Assembly (NCBI GenBank): GCA_043228905.1
Contig: JBHGNT010000013.1
Location: forward strand, 5,580,001 to 5,644,000
DNA: 64,000 bases
DNA from: Azolla caroliniana
Lineage: Eukaryota; Plantae; Polypodiophyta
Direction: 5' to 3'
The translations under genes and the position numbers were made by a program. The notes below the pieces were generated by a model. That model did no database searches. It saw only the letters and a program-made list of their open reading frames with translations, and was not told the origin of the DNA. Of the stretch, positions 1 through 13,820 are shown in pieces; within the stretch, counting starts at the first letter, position 1, and each line of letters starts with the position of its first letter.

Positions 1-3000
1 GTGTGTGCAGGGCAAATATAGCGTTAGATGTGTGTGAGCATAGAAAAGATAGTAGTACGTGTGAAGTAGGTGTGTAGCCAAGCACGAGAGAGGAGAAGAG
101 TGTGTGTACCAACAGACGCCAAGAGCCATGCATGGCTAATACACTCGACAAAAAGAGTGTTGTAACCTCCTCCATTTTATATCCATAATATAGTGAAGCT
201 CTGCTCTTTAGTGGTTTTCTCCGGTTTTAGGGTTTCCACGTTAAAATCTGTATGCATTGTTTTTCGTATGTGTCTGAGTAGTGTATTTCAACATATTCCC
301 TCTTGTGGATTAACAATTCAATTCGCAACAAACTGGTATCAGAGCTTGAGGTGCAAGCATGGAAGGAGGTGTGAGCGGCTTCCTAGGTATGATAGTTCTA
401 AACTCACAAAACTATGTAGACTGGAAGATAAAGATGGAAGACCTTCTCATAGTGAAAGATTTGTATGAGCCCGTCGATAGAGCAGATATACCTAGGGGGG
501 TATTGGTGTCAGAATGGAATCTTCTTAACAGAAAGGAGGTGGCCACAATCTGACCATGTGTCGATGTAAGTGTTCTTCAGCATGTGGCGAATGACACGAA
601 TGCCTACGAGATGTGGTAGAAGCTGCCAGCCCTATATGAGAGGAAGAATGTGCTCAATAAAACCTCACTGATGAGAAATATTGTTTGGTTGAAATACAGA
701 GATGGTGAGAGCATCGTCGAACACATCAACACAAAAATGGGGTATGTGAATCAACTAGTTGCAACAAGGTTTCCCCTAGAAGATGAAATGTAGGCGATTC
801 TGCTACTGTGCACCCTATCAGATAGCTAGGAGAATCAAGTGGTGACTCTTAGCACCTTGTGTCAAGAAGAGAACTTGTCTCTTCAAGCTGTGAAGACAAG
901 TATCGTTTCTTGAAGACAAGTATCTTAAACGAGGAGACAAGGAGGAAGGACAAGGGTGTCCTCTCTCAGGCAAATGCGAATGTGGCACAACATTCAGACA
1001 GAGGAAGGAACTGGCGAAGAAGTCCACAATGAAGGGACAAATCCCGTGCAAGATCGAAGTCTAGAGGTAAGCCAACATGCTTTTATTGTGGAAAACCTAG
1101 ACACTTCTAGAAGGACAACCGACACATGAGGAAGAACAAAGGTGTCGGTAATGGTGTCAAACCTAGGAAGATTCATGATGAAAAGAACACTTTGGCCATT
1201 GCTACAAGCAATGAAGAACATCTTCTCATCTGTGAACAGACAATTGCAAATCTTGCAAGTGTAGAATGCACTTGGGTGATCGACTATGGGGGCATCTTTC
1301 CATATAACTCAGTCGAGAGAGTATTTCTCAACTTACATAGCTGGGGATCATGGGTATGTAAAGATGGGTGACAATTGAGAGTGCAAGATAGTTGGAGACG
1401 GAAGTGTCTGCTTGAGGACGTCGACAGGGTGTCGACAAACTCTAAAGGATGTTCGGAACTTCCTCGATATTAGATTGAATTTGATATAGAATGGAAGGAT
1501 GGATGGCGAAGGCTACAGTGGTAGCTTTCGGAATGGCAAGTGGAAGTTCTGCCAAGGAAATCTCATAGTGGCCCAAGCACAGAAAGAAGGCACATTATAT
1601 ATGATGCATGCCTGACTGTGCAAAGTTGGAAGTGAACATGGAAGCCGACTCAACATAAGAGATATGGCACAAGAGGCTAGGCCACATGAGTGAGAAGGGA
1701 TTGCATTTGTTAGCCGGCCAGAAACTTCTACCAAAAGTCAAGGGAGAGGAGTGCATCGACTTCTTAGTTGGAAAGTAGAACAGAGCAACATTCCACTCAA
1801 GATCACCAAAAAGAAGAGAAGTGCTACTGGAACTAGTACACATGGATGTGTGTTATGTGGAAGCTCCATCACAATGAGGCGGATAGTACTTTGTGACATT
1901 TATTGACAACTATAGTCCGAAGACATGGGCCTTCGTACCGAAGTCAAAGAATCAAGTATTGTCATTCTTCAAGGAGTTCCAAGCAAGAGCCAAACGAGAG
2001 TTGGGTCGAAAGTTGAAGGTTGTCCGAACCGACAATGGTGGTGAGTATAAAGGGTAGTTCGAGGAGTATTCCAAGTGCCAAGGTATTCGGATCGATCACA
2101 TAGTGCCAAAGACCCCGAGTTGAACGGGCTTGCAGAGAGGATGTATCGAACAATCATGGAGAGAGTTAGGAGCATGTTGTCGCATGCCAAACTACCAAAG
2201 ATATACTAGGCTGTGACGATGTACACAATTTTTTATCTAATCAATAGGTCTCCCTCAGTGCCATTGAAAGGTGATGCCCCACAAAGGGTGTGGAGAGGAA
2301 AGGATGTATTCTACTAAAACCTAAGGGTGTTCGAATGTCGTACCGAAGGATCAGAGATCGAAACCCGACAGTAAGTCAAAAGCATGCATATTCATGGGAT
2401 ACTCGGAATATGAGTTTGGCTATAGGCTATGGGACCTAGTTGACAAGAACGTGGTGAGGAATCGGGATGTAGTCTTCCTAGAAGACACGACTATTGCGGA
2501 CTGGAAGAAATAGAAGTTGGAAATGGCTGTCAAGTCAACCCCGACAGCCAATCGGTACAATCGAATCCAAGTCGGTCAACTCGGAGAGACCGACCGACTG
2601 TGAGTCTGAATCGACAAAGCTACTAAGGTCGATCAAGGAATATGAATTGGAGTCGTCCAACCTGGAGATGTTGATTGACATACATGAACCCAACCCGAGA
2701 AAGTAGTTGTCAGAGACATCCGAACAAGAGCCAACAACGAGTGGAAGGAGGTACCCACTCAAGGAAAGGAAATCCCAGACAACATATGCTAGTCAATACA
2801 TCCTCTTGACTTATGAAGGTGAACGAGAGTGCTATGATGAAGCCATTGCCAATGATTACAGAGAGAAATGGTTGAGCGCGATACAAGATGAAATGGACTT
2901 CTTGCATGAAAACTACACCTATGACCTAGTAGAGTTGTAGAAAGGTAAGAGAGCACTCAGGAGTAAGTGGGTCTACAAGGTGAAGACTGGAGAAGCCAAC

Positions 3001-5014
3001 AACATGCCCAGGTATAAAGCCCGTATAGTGGTTAAGGGGTTTCAGCAAAAAAAGGGCGTCGACTTCGAAGAGATATTCGCACCAGTCGTGAAGATCACAT
3101 TCATCCAAACTATTCTGAGCATAGCTGCCAGCATGGATCTGGAGATCAAATAGTTGGATGTCAAGACAACATTCTTTCACGAGGATCTGGATGAAGAAAT
3201 CTACATACAATAGCCCAAAGGCTTTGTGGAGAAAGGGAAAGAGAATCTAGTGTGTCAACTGAAGAAAAGCTTGTGTGGATTGAAACAAGCTCCACACCAA
3301 TAATACAAGAAGTTTGAATACTTCATGGTGGAACATGGGTTCCAGAAAACACAAGTTGGTCATTGTGTGTCTGTCAAAAGGTACGACAAATGAGACTTCT
3401 TGATTCTCTTGTAATATGTGGATGACATGTTGATAGTCAACCAAGACACAAGAAAGATTGGTAGCTTGAAGAAAGCTCTAGGCAAGCCGTTTGCCATGAA
3501 AGATCTTGGACCAACCAAACAGATTTTGGGGATGCACATAGTTCGAGACAGAATTGAGAAAGCGATAGGATTGTCACAAGAGAGATATTTGACTAAAGTC
3601 CTTGAAAGATTCAACACATTGGACGAAAGTCGGTAAGCTCGGTATTGCCGAGAAACAGCAAATTGAATGCTAAGCAATACCCGAGAAGAGAGAAGGAAAA
3701 GGCCGAGATGAGGGTACTATCATATGCCTCAGCCGTCGACAGTTTAATGTATGCTATGGTCTGCACAAGACCAGATATAGCATTCGTTGTGGGAGCAGTG
3801 AGCCAATATATGAGTAAAACAATAAGAGAACATTCGGCAACGGTGAAGTGGATACTCAGGTACTTTAAAGGCACCTCGCAAGTATGCCTTTGGTATGGTG
3901 TCGAAAAAACTATGTTGGAAAGTTTTACCAACTCGGACATGTCGGGGGATGCAGACTCAAGACGATCCACATCAGGGTACGTGATGACCTATGTAGGGGA
4001 AGCAATGTCGTGGCAGTCAGATTGAAAAAGTCTATAGCTTTGTCAACTATAGAGGCAAAGCATATGGCAGTGGTGGAGGCCGACAAGGAGCTAATTTGGA
4101 TGAAGAGTTTCCTCAGCGAACTCGGGATGAAGCAAGAAGAATTCTTGCTCCATTATGATAATCAGAGTGCCATACATCTAGCCAAGAATGTTGTGTACCA
4201 TTCGCAGGCTAAGCATATACAAAGAAGGTATCACTCATTGCAAGAGAAGGTAGATGAAGGAGAGTTTACCCTGGTGAACATCCATACTGACAATAATGGA
4301 TCCAACATGTTGACAAAGAACCTACCAATGGACAAAATTAGAGCTTGTCGACAAAAGATAGGATTGACTGACTTCCTCCCACATGAGTGAAGGGGGAGTT
4401 TGTTGGCAATATGTTCTTCCAGTTGGAGGAGCCGACTGTTCGGGTTGAGAAGAGTCGATAGTCGAAGACAGGGACGAGCTGACTGTTTGGGCCGAGCAGA
4501 GCCGACAGTTGAAGACAAGGAGGAGTCGATTGTTCAGGGAGAGTAGACAACTAAAGAGTCGACAGTAGAGAGTCGACTGATTAACTATCGATTATTATTA
4601 TAACTATAATAATACTACTAGCAATGTGTGGTAGGGGCTACACTTGTAAATACTCCATATGATGCATGAGTGTATATATATAGGGAAAATATAGAGATAG
4701 ATGTGTGTGAGCATAGAACACATAGCAGTGCGTGTGAAGCACGAGAGAGGATAAGAGTGAACCATGAAAGAGCGGCGCCATCAATATGTGTAACAGCATA
4801 TGCCAAGAGCCCTGTGTGGCTGATACACTAGACAGAAACAGTGTTGTAACCTCCTCCATTTTATATCCACTGTATAATGAAGCTCTATTCTTCCGTGGTC
4901 TTCTCCCGTTTTAGGGTTTCCACGTTAAAATCTGTGTGCATTGTTTTTCGTGTGTGTCTAAGTAGTATATTTCAGTGTATTCCCTATCGTGGATTAAGGA
5001 TTCGATTCGCAACA
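1..5014 (+). mobile_element. Ty1/Copia LTR retrotransposon A (Tnt1/Tork-like), degenerate; 5' LTR cut by the window edge
   Basis: 5' LTR ends ...GCAACA at 330. PBS TGGTATCAGAGC (tRNA-Met) 334-345. gag ATG 359. Broken gag/PR/INT/RT/RNase H to ~4390 (CFYCGKP, ELVHMDVC, YVDDML, KHIQRRYH). PPT GTGAAGGGGGAG 4387-4398. 3' LTR TGTT...AACA 4401-5014. Confidence 0.95.
359..4390 (+). pseudogene. Copia gag-pol polyprotein pseudogene (many stops and frameshifts)
   Basis: ORF fragments 359-553, 1126-1371, 2707-2940, 3418-3636, 3645-4025 and 3884-4390 carry Copia motifs in the order gag-PR-INT-RT-RH. Confidence 0.92.
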
Positions 5015-5070
5015 AGATAAAGAATTTCAACTCCTGTTTCCATAAGCTTTCTCAAAATGGTGTTATTGGT

Positions 5071-5211
5071 TTAGGGTTTGTTGATGATAATAATGTTGAT
5101 GAAGATGGTAATGATGGGTGTGATGACAAGCATTGCAAGGTAGTGGTGGAGATTGATCAGCATTGTGGGGTGAGGCGTGGCACCTAGAATGGTGTAGGGT
5201 AAGCTAATTAC

Positions 5212-5251
<40 letters not shown>

Positions 5252-5505
5252 TGAGAGAGAACATCTTTATTCTTCATTCATTACCCATAAGAGGGTTAAA
5301 TAGTTACAATGAGGTTAGATTTATAAGGGTGCATGACCCTCAAGCCATCCATACACATCACCCACTCACACCCTTTCCTATTTGTCCATTGACACTCACA
5401 CTTACGTTCACACTCATACTCACATACATTTCACATTGACACAACACTATACTCTTTCACCCTCACTCATCACACTCAAATGTCTATACATCTCATATGG
5501 TCACA
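5071..5505 (-). repeat. LTR-like fragment with (GA)n and CA-rich tracts
   Basis: Minus strand starts TGTGACC at 5505, abutting a Copia fragment. Contains a TATA-like motif and a GA microsatellite at ~5211-5258. Recurs at ~33843-34264 and partly at 44735-44872. Confidence 0.4.
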
Positions 5506-6070
5506 ATAGTAGTCGATGCCATGTGTTTGCGCCAACCCATTGGCCACCCGTCCGGCCTTGTACTTGTTGATCGAGCTCTCAGAATTGTATTTCACCTTAT
5601 ACACCCAGCTACATCCAATCAGCTTTACTCCTTTGGGGAGATCAACGAGGTCCCATGTCTCATTGTCAACTAGAGGATGCATCTCTTCCTCCATAGCCGC
5701 TTTCCATTCCGCATCTTGTGTCGCCTCCACGTAGCTCTTTGGCTCACATATCTCTGCCACTTTAGTCATGTACGAATATTGATGCACCATGTACTCATGT
5801 ACCCATACCTAATCACAGGGTTCTTCTAGCGAGATGATCGACGCAACTTTTTGTTGCCCGTCTTCAAGGTTCTTGTTGGTAAATTCTGACCTCAACTTTG
5901 AAGGTTCGTCATTGCTCATGGCCCCATCGGATTCGGTTCTATCTGATGTTCCCATATTGGTGCCATATCCCAACATCTTCTTCTTCCTCTTCTCCTTGTG
6001 GGTAGGCTATCTCCTCGGCTTCATCCACAGGGATTGCATGGCCGAGTCTCCATCACTCGCTAGCTCCTCT
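5506..6070 (-). pseudogene. Copia INT-RT linker / RT N-terminal fragment (family of element Y)
   Basis: ORF 5476-5790 EPKSYVEATQDAEWKAAMEEEM...NETWDLVDLPKGVKLIGCSWVYKVK closely resembles ORF 26999-27625. Confidence 0.88.
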
Positions 6071-7654
6071 AAGAGTATAAAGTTTGAATCTTTGTTAGTA
6101 CGATGTGAATTAAGAGCACTTATTGCCCTTTTTCTTTTCGAAGAGAAAGAATAATAATAATGCATTTGTAAATAATTACTTAGAGTAATTATGTTAGGCA
6201 GAATAGACAAAATAGATGTGTGTTATGTGTGTGTGAAAGAGGAGAGAGGAGAGACACAAGATAGATAAAAGATAAAAGACTCAAATGTATATTAACAAGG
6301 AGTAAAAAAACAAACTAGCAAACCAACATTTACAAAGGAAAGAGGAGAGTGCTTTATATTAAGTCACCCTCTTACTAAATTCTCTCTTTAAAACACCCAC
6401 TCTCTCTCTCTCTCTCTAGCAACTTGGGGAATATGGAAACTGATTAGCTATGTGTCATATTGTATGATTCTAGGATACAGAGTTAAAGTTAGGAAGTAGT
6501 GGTGACCATTGACGTTTGAGTGTTTATACATTCACTATATAAGGTATGTTCACACACTAAACTTAGATTGAGTTTGATTTTCAACAACATTAAATGTAAA
6601 TGAGGTTGGGTTTTCTTGGAGTTTTTGCTTTTGGTGACCTTTTTCTTTGAATTTTTTACTTTCTTTTCTTCTTGGATTCTTCTTTAGATTTTTTGACATT
6701 TTCTTGGGTTTTTAGACATTTAGGAGAAGGAGCTCTTCATTTCCAATCCTCGTCTTTCAGCAATGGAAGCTCAACCTCGTATTCGTCGTTTGGACACCAT
6801 CGGAACCTCCAACTTTTTCCACCTAAATGTGACATCATGGATACATCATTTTTCCATGCCATCACCGTCCTTTCCCTTTACAATTTCAGTTACACCTTTT
6901 CTTACCATTTACCCTTATTTAAAAACATTTAAAACCCTACCTACGATTCAATAATTCACAATTATTTCACCAAATACCCCTCCTACCTACCAATATATAT
7001 AGATAGATACATACATACATACATACATGCATACATGCATACATACAAACATACAAACATCAAAGCATATACATAAGCATACATCATCATATAAACACAT
7101 ATTCAAGAGTATTTGCATTCTGCACATAGAAATACACAAGTTGATTCCATAAACAAACTTTCCTCTATTAACGTACTTAGACCCACATATCTACAATCTC
7201 TAAACATACTTAAACAGGGTGTTGGTGCTAAAATCAACACATAATTGTGAGTAACTTCAATTCATCAACTCAACAAGTCATGTCAACCCATCCTCTCTTG
7301 TGTTAAGACCCCATTGGTCCAACTCACATTTCACACACACGCATGCATTCTCATCACAATGTGAATTATAACTAATTTGTAAACCCTATACATGCTTGGA
7401 GTTGGACTATTTTTAAACCATATTTATGCTCCAACAAAGGAGGTTCTTCATCCAAAACAAGACCTTTTTTGCACGAAAGAAAATCACGATCAAACAAGCC
7501 AAGCACATGCCTTCAAATTTTGAATGAAAACTCTCACAAACATAAGAAGAAAATATGGGAGAATTCTTTAATTAATACAATAGTTTATTGAATGTAAATA
7601 CGATAGAACGTATACAAGAAAAATAGCATAAAATACTTGTAAAAATGAATTTTT

Positions 7655-10600
7655 TTAAGCAATGTCATTGATATGCAATTCTAGATAAGCGCCAAATGTG
7701 CACATCTCCTCTTTTAGATGCTCCTCGATTGCATCCATGAAATTCTCATCATATTCAAATATCCATTTAATGATGCTTGTATTTGGCTCAACTCCAGCTA
7801 AAACTTGAGCACTATAAGTCATGTTTGGATTAGAATGCTTTCCCAAATATCCTCCCTCAAAGATTGTAGCTTTGAAACTCATTTGTTCATGGTCAATGTT
7901 GTTCCATAGAAACTTGAGGTAATCAAATTTAGAAAAGTCTGAAGAAATCAAAAAAAGGTTATCAACGACAATGTTAAAAGTATAAATTGCATTTCAATAA
8001 GATCATATTTTTTATTTCTATGGAAAATATTGACAGAATATGATATGAAACATGTTTGTGGCACAATATATGATATCTTGCACAACAAAAGTAAGGATTA
8101 CGTTAAATGGAAGCACAAGATATAACCCACTTGTGTGGCTAGGTATGTAGAAGCTCTTCTTGAATAAGGGGGACAAGTTGGATCTCTAAACAAAAGCCTT
8201 TATTTGGTGTAAACCAATAGCCAAATAAAGAAGTATTAATGCTAAGATAAAGTAGGATATTATAAGCTTGCCGTCCATGAGTACTAAAGGTAGATTTTCG
8301 TGGTCTCTTAAGCTCTCAAGAATGCAATCGTCTCAATTTCCAATGTCAACTACCATACCAAACAAGCTTTAAAAGATGTTGATAAAACCTAGTATGCCCA
8401 TATATTAGTTGATAACATGTAAGGTGCACTTTTGTTGCAAAATGGTTAAGATGCAATGACAATATTTAACATTGATTCACCTTTCAAGGGCGTTAAAAAC
8501 ATTGTATGACATGTTCTTTATCTTAATGATTCAAATGGCTTGAAATCAGATAATTTACCCATTAATATGGATGCGACATTATGACTCTTTATAAGGTATA
8601 ACTTTTGTTTTGTCATTTGTACTTGGAGTGCTCAACATGTTGGATAATATATTCCAAAGGTTACATCCAAGTGTTCATATTAGAGAACATCTCAAATTAA
8701 TCATTGATAACTTTCAATTTGGCATTCCAATGTAATAGATTTGTTATATATTCATTCCATACCGAATCTTCCATGAGGATTGAGAATGGACTCATCACTG
8801 AACTCATTTCACAGCATTTTGTGCAACGTATATACTGTAGATGCAATGAAGTGAATGTACAACAAATGCACATATTATCCATTCATGTCAAAGCTATGTA
8901 AAAAAAGTTGATTGCTACATTTTTTAGATCATTTTAAAGAGGATTTTAGTATTTTTAAAGTGGCAAGTTCTTTTGTTGAAAGCACACTATGAAGGACATG
9001 GACAAATTTAATATAACCATTCTCTTGTGAATGAATCTAATCAAATTTTTCCGTGTCCTTTTTAGTACTTATAACAAAAGAACCTTGCAGCTTTAAAAAT
9101 ACTGACCTCTTTGAAATGATCTGAAAATCACAAAGTGGTTCATACAATGTATCTTTTAAGAATCTTCAAAATAGTGTATATGCATCACTTCCTTGCAAAT
9201 GTACTAAACATCATGTTTACGTTAAGTATGAATTTCCTAAAGGAATATGTGGGTGTGACATATGTACATTGGAGGTTTGGATATTATAGATATTGGGGAG
9301 ATAGAAAAGAAATTTCTATATCGTGTTACTATAGATCTCAATGGTTTAAGAAGGATAGCAATAATTATCTAGTTATTCCACAATATGGTAAACAAAAAGG
9401 AATGCTTTACATTTTACGAGATGGCACAAAAAGTAATGAGTATAAAAGCATTATCATGGATAGAAGTATGATTTGATGGTGAGGACTTAATTGAAGCCAT
9501 ATGTTTCTAAACTTTGTTTTCTAGGGCATTAATAAAGACTATAAAAAAGAGGCTTCAAGATCCAATGTTTCTTTCCGCATTGAAAATATGTTTCAAGATC
9601 CATTCAAATCTAAAGAAAATGCACATATCACCAATGAACATGTCTATTGGATCTACAAGCATTTTAGCATGAAAAACTATCGGTCTTAATGAGTTAAAAT
9701 CACTTGCAAACTTTTATGGCATTCGAAAAAGATAGATAGGAAAGTGTTTTCTCCCATAATTTATAATTGATAATTTTTTTGATGAATATACAAATTTTAG
9801 ACCGCAAGCTACCACGAAATGGCTTGGAAGATATTTCTTTGATGTTTGAGTACAATAAGTTGTAATGATGTGTGAAAAGAAATGCTACCCAAGCTTTTAA
9901 AGCTTTCGTTGATAAGGTTAATTCAATGTTTTTCGACTACAGCATGTGATAGAAGCTTTAGTCGCCTAAATCTAATAAAGAATAAGTTCAAAATTAGGCT
10001 AAAAAGCAATGCAGTAGATGCATTGATACGAGTATCCATTGAAGGACTTGAACTAGAAGAACATTACCTCATTGCCAACATTAGGTTGTGGCGAGAAAGC
10101 AAGGCATATCATCATATTTTTACAATAACATCTCATGAGCATGATGATGACATCTAGGAGTTCATAGAAGATATAGATTGGAACTTTGTAAATTCAATCT
10201 AATTTGTTTTAAAGTTTTATATATATTAGATCTAATTTTATCTAATATGTTGCTAATGCTAGTTTACAAAGTTTTGATAAGTGAATTTTGTTTACATAGT
10301 CAAGTATTTCTTTTTTTTGGAAATATATACATATATACTTTTTTGGATCCAAACTTTTGTGATTTATTTGATTTGGTATTGTGCTAGAATTTTATTTCCT
10401 GATTTGGAATGTGCTAATTTTTATTTTCAACATGTTCCGGTTGAAATTGTCGCTTGTAGGAAAGTGGCTAGTTAAAGTTTTAAATTTCCAATTAGGTAAC
10501 ACGTTCATTAGAAGCATGAAAATTTCCGGTAGGGGATATAGACTTTGGCAACACTAGTGTGCATTAAGTAAACAAGAAGTTATTATGGGAGAAAGAAAAT

Positions 10601-11349
10601 CTTTTTTATGATGTTAAGGAATTAGAGATAGAACCATGCATAAGTCTTGTATTTAGATTTGTGTGATTTGACATTTGGATATGTATCATTTGACACATAT
10701 ATGGACTATAATTAAAACATGGCTTACTTAGATTTGTGAGACTTGACCCTCAAACATGGACTAAAAAATGCATGGGCTTCCTTAAAAGAACCAATTTAGG
10801 ATACAAAGCACAAAATCATTGACTAAATTTAATGGGTAATTGAACGGCAATTCATAATAGGGATATGATGATGGAAATTATTGAAACATTATATTGCTCT
10901 CTAGACTCCATGCATTATACTAAGTCAATAGTACATAGAAATTGGCGCATGTCTTTTTTGAATGAATAGAAAGTAGGTGGATAGTTTCATATCCACTAAG
11001 TTGGAACTCATGATTTGTTCATGATAAACAAGTAATGCAATAGTTTATACATCAAGTCAATAATACATAGTTTGAGATAGTAAAAATGTATACCCACAAA
11101 CACACATACACATACATATACTACATATACATATAATGCATCCATATGTAAGGAGGGAGAATTACTCTCAACATTGTAGTTTATTTGGCCAACGCCTCCA
11201 GTAGCAAGAGGGGGGCCATCCAAGTACTCAATCGAGGTGTAGTGTTGTGGGATTGCTTTCGGTAAGGTGATTTGGAAGTTCTTCATCCATACTCTCCAAA
11301 CATCTTTTGGTGAATGCTTGATAACTATCTCGAGCTCAAATTGTTTCAT
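7655..11349 (-). CDS. Bet v 1 / PR-10 / major latex protein-like (START/SRPBCC fold) protein, 2 exons (11349-11166, 7938-7655), 155 aa
   Basis: Exon 1 MKQFELEIVIKHSPKDVW...LPKAIPQHYTSIEYLDGPPLATGGVGQINYNVE, with a GT donor at 11165 (phase 1, codon 62, the conserved PR-10 intron position). Polypyrimidine-CAG acceptor ends at 7939. The splice joins in frame to FSKFDYLKFLWNNIDHEQMSFKATIFEGGYLG...SIIKWIFEY...stop. 184+284=468 nt. Confidence 0.88.
8100..10556 (+). mobile_element. Degenerate hAT DNA transposon within the PR-10/MLP intron
   Basis: ORF 9882-10157 STTACDRSFSRLNLIKNKFKIRLKSNAVDALIRVSIEG matches the hAT C-terminal dimerisation domain. DGCDIM-like remnant near 8568. Candidate 3' TIR GACTTTGGCAACACTA 10541-10556. 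Left end not found, so the start is approximate. Confidence 0.75.
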
Positions 11350-11370
11350 TTTGTTTGTCTCACACACTAT

Positions 11371-11406
<36 letters not shown>

Positions 11407-11761
11407 ATTACTTAGTATTCTTGCTTGTATATTCATACATACATATATATATGTGTGTGTGTGTGTGTATAATGTAGGTGTATATGTCTATTTATCATCA
11501 TTTACATTATAAATTGAAATTTGTATTTTTTTGAGCTCTTGTGATAAACCTATGGGAAATACTTTAAAGAAAAACAAAATTTAAATGAATGTTAAAATTG
11601 TCGTTATAAAGCATTTATATAAAATTTAATAAATGTTAAAAGTGTCATTGTAAAGAATTTATGTATATAATATTTTGTAAATGTTAAAACTTACTTTTAA
11701 AACAAGAATTTCATTAAAAAAAACAATTAAATCGTTTAAACTACAATTTCTAACTGTTAAA

Positions 11762-11840
11762 ATTGAACCGAACCGTTTTAACCATTAAGCTGCAGTTTCA
11801 CGGTTCGGTGTGGTTCGAACTGAACCGTTGCTGATAGTTA
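11762..11840. repeat. AACCG/CGGTT subterminal-repeat cluster, probable MITE/hAT end remnant
   Basis: GAACCGAACCG...CGGTTCGGTGTGGTTCGAACTGAACCG in an AT-rich context upstream of the PR-10/MLP gene. Confidence 0.4.
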
Positions 11841-12743
11841 ATGAATATTGGTAACCTTGATGAAACAAAATAAAACCTTGTTGTCTTTGAATATGAAAGG
11901 GAACATGGGCAAGTAAATGAAATTGTAAGGGACAAATAGAACCTAACTTTGATTACTCTCCTTATTTTCTCTGGACCTCACTACTTTAGGATTACAAGCT
12001 TTACATAACCTTTTTCTCGTGAATATAAAACTTCATTACAAAAGTTGAAATACCACTATGGTTATTTTACACGAATCGGATCCCATTTACATCTAGTCAA
12101 CTGAGACTAGTATGATGATACTTTAAACCAAATAAAATGATTCCTCGTTTGAGTTAAAATAATGGATTTGAGTTTTGTGTATTGCTTACTATAGGGCATC
12201 ACAATGGTTCAAGGAAAAAACAGGGTATTAATTACTATAGGGCCTATTCATTTCGTAAGCAAGTAAATAAAGTTCAAGGAAACAATCAAAAGAAAAAGAA
12301 AAAGGAGAAAAAAAGGGTGTTACTTACTATAGGGTCTATTCATTTCATCAGTAGGTAGATAAACTTCAAGGAAACTATCAAATATTGGAAAATTTCTTAT
12401 GTTTGAATTTTATAGGGTCTAAATCAAACCAAAGTGATGGATAGGAAAAAAGAGAAAGGGACAATTGAAGTAGTTAAATCAAACCAATGAAATAGTTAAA
12501 TCTTGAACTAATATTGAAGCATGTTTCCAAGATTTAGATAAAGAATTTCAACTCGTGTTTCCATAAGCTTTCTCATAACACTACATCTCAATTGTTTAGA
12601 TGGATGGACCCTCACTCATTTAGGGAGCAATCCTATACATAAACACCCTTATTGTACCTCTTGATTTTCTTGCATTTGAAACTATATTAATACATCAAAG
12701 CTCTATATAGCTTTGAACTCTCAACAATTACCTAGTTTATGTG

Positions 12744-13337
12744 CCAATGATCATATAATATTGATTGCATCATAGCCATGACAAGATGGTAAGATAATGA
12801 TGGATGTCTTCTAACAACAACATGCATTGTTCCTCATACATTGCACCATTTCTTGCACATTGTGCAACCACGTATCCTTCTTGGACTTTTTCTCCAAAGA
12901 GGTTTACCTTTAGGTTCCAATCATATCATGTTGATTCCATCATAGCCGTGACATAATGGTAAGATAATGGTGGATGTCTGCTAACAACAACATGCATTGT
13001 TCCTCATACATTGCACCATTTCTTGCACATCGTGCAACCACGTATCCTTCTTGGACTTTTTCTCCAAAGAGGTTCACCATTTAGGTTCCAATCATATCAT
13101 GTTGATTCCATCATAGCCGTGACATGATGGTAAGATAATGATGGATGTCTGCTAACAACAACGTGCATTGTTCCTCATACATTGCACCATTTCTTGCACA
13201 TCGTGTAACCACGTATCCTTCTTGGACTTTTTCTCCAAAGAGGTTCGTCGTTTAGGTTCCAATGATAATATAATATTGATTCCATCATAGCCATGACATG
13301 ATGGTAAGATAATGATGGATGTCTTCTAATAGCAACA
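12744..13337. repeat. Tandem repeat, ~170-bp unit, ~3.5 copies
   Basis: The unit ...CATCATAGCCRTGACA.GATGGTAAGATAATG.TGGATGTC...GGACTTTTTCTCCAAAGAGGTT...TAGGTTCCAAT recurs at about 12770, 12940, 13110 and 13285. Confidence 0.92.
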
Positions 13338-13820
13338 GATTAGATGTTTCTAATAGTGAAAGAAACCACAATGAATTACCCCTTAATCTCCTATATGATG
13401 TGCATTCTAACGTGAGCATCACAGTGGTTAGAGATCAATCCTAATGTAAACATAAGACAAGGAAATATAAGATGGATTGATAAGAAAAAAGAGAGAAAAA
13501 AAGGTACTAATCCACTCGACCACCATCGGGCGAAGACATCGACACAGACTTGAGCCTTGATTGGCGTCCCATGGCATTGAGTCATACTAGTGTCGTGGAG
13601 AATTGCGACCACTAGGAGAAAGGTTTGTTAGATGCATGCGAACAAGGGTGTGAATGGATACACATGAAAGAAGTCTTATGTATAAACAATCATATTAAGT
13701 AGTATAGTATTAATAAGTACATGGTAGAGTATTTTAATAGGTACTTTATGATCCTTCAGAAAGAGGAGAATTATAGTGAGTGATAGAAGGAAATCATGGA
13801 GGGAATCTCTAATAGAAAAC
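13322..13820 (+). repeat. Dispersed direct repeat, copy 1 (copy 2 at ~16432-17130)
   Basis: CCTTAATCTCCTATATG...CCTAATGTAAACATAAGACAAGGAAATATAAGAT...GAAAGAAGTCTTATGTATAAACAATCAT is shared. Copy 2 has a 202-bp insertion. Confidence 0.85.

Noticed and set aside
11008-11436. 142-aa single-exon ORF
   Set aside because: It is exon 1 of the PR-10/MLP gene extended through a (GA)n 5' tract and into the intron; the spliced model fits better.
12744-13337. CxxC-containing peptide on the minus strand of the 170-bp tandem repeat
   Set aside because: There are stops in each unit and the unit length does not keep frame, so there is no support for coding.
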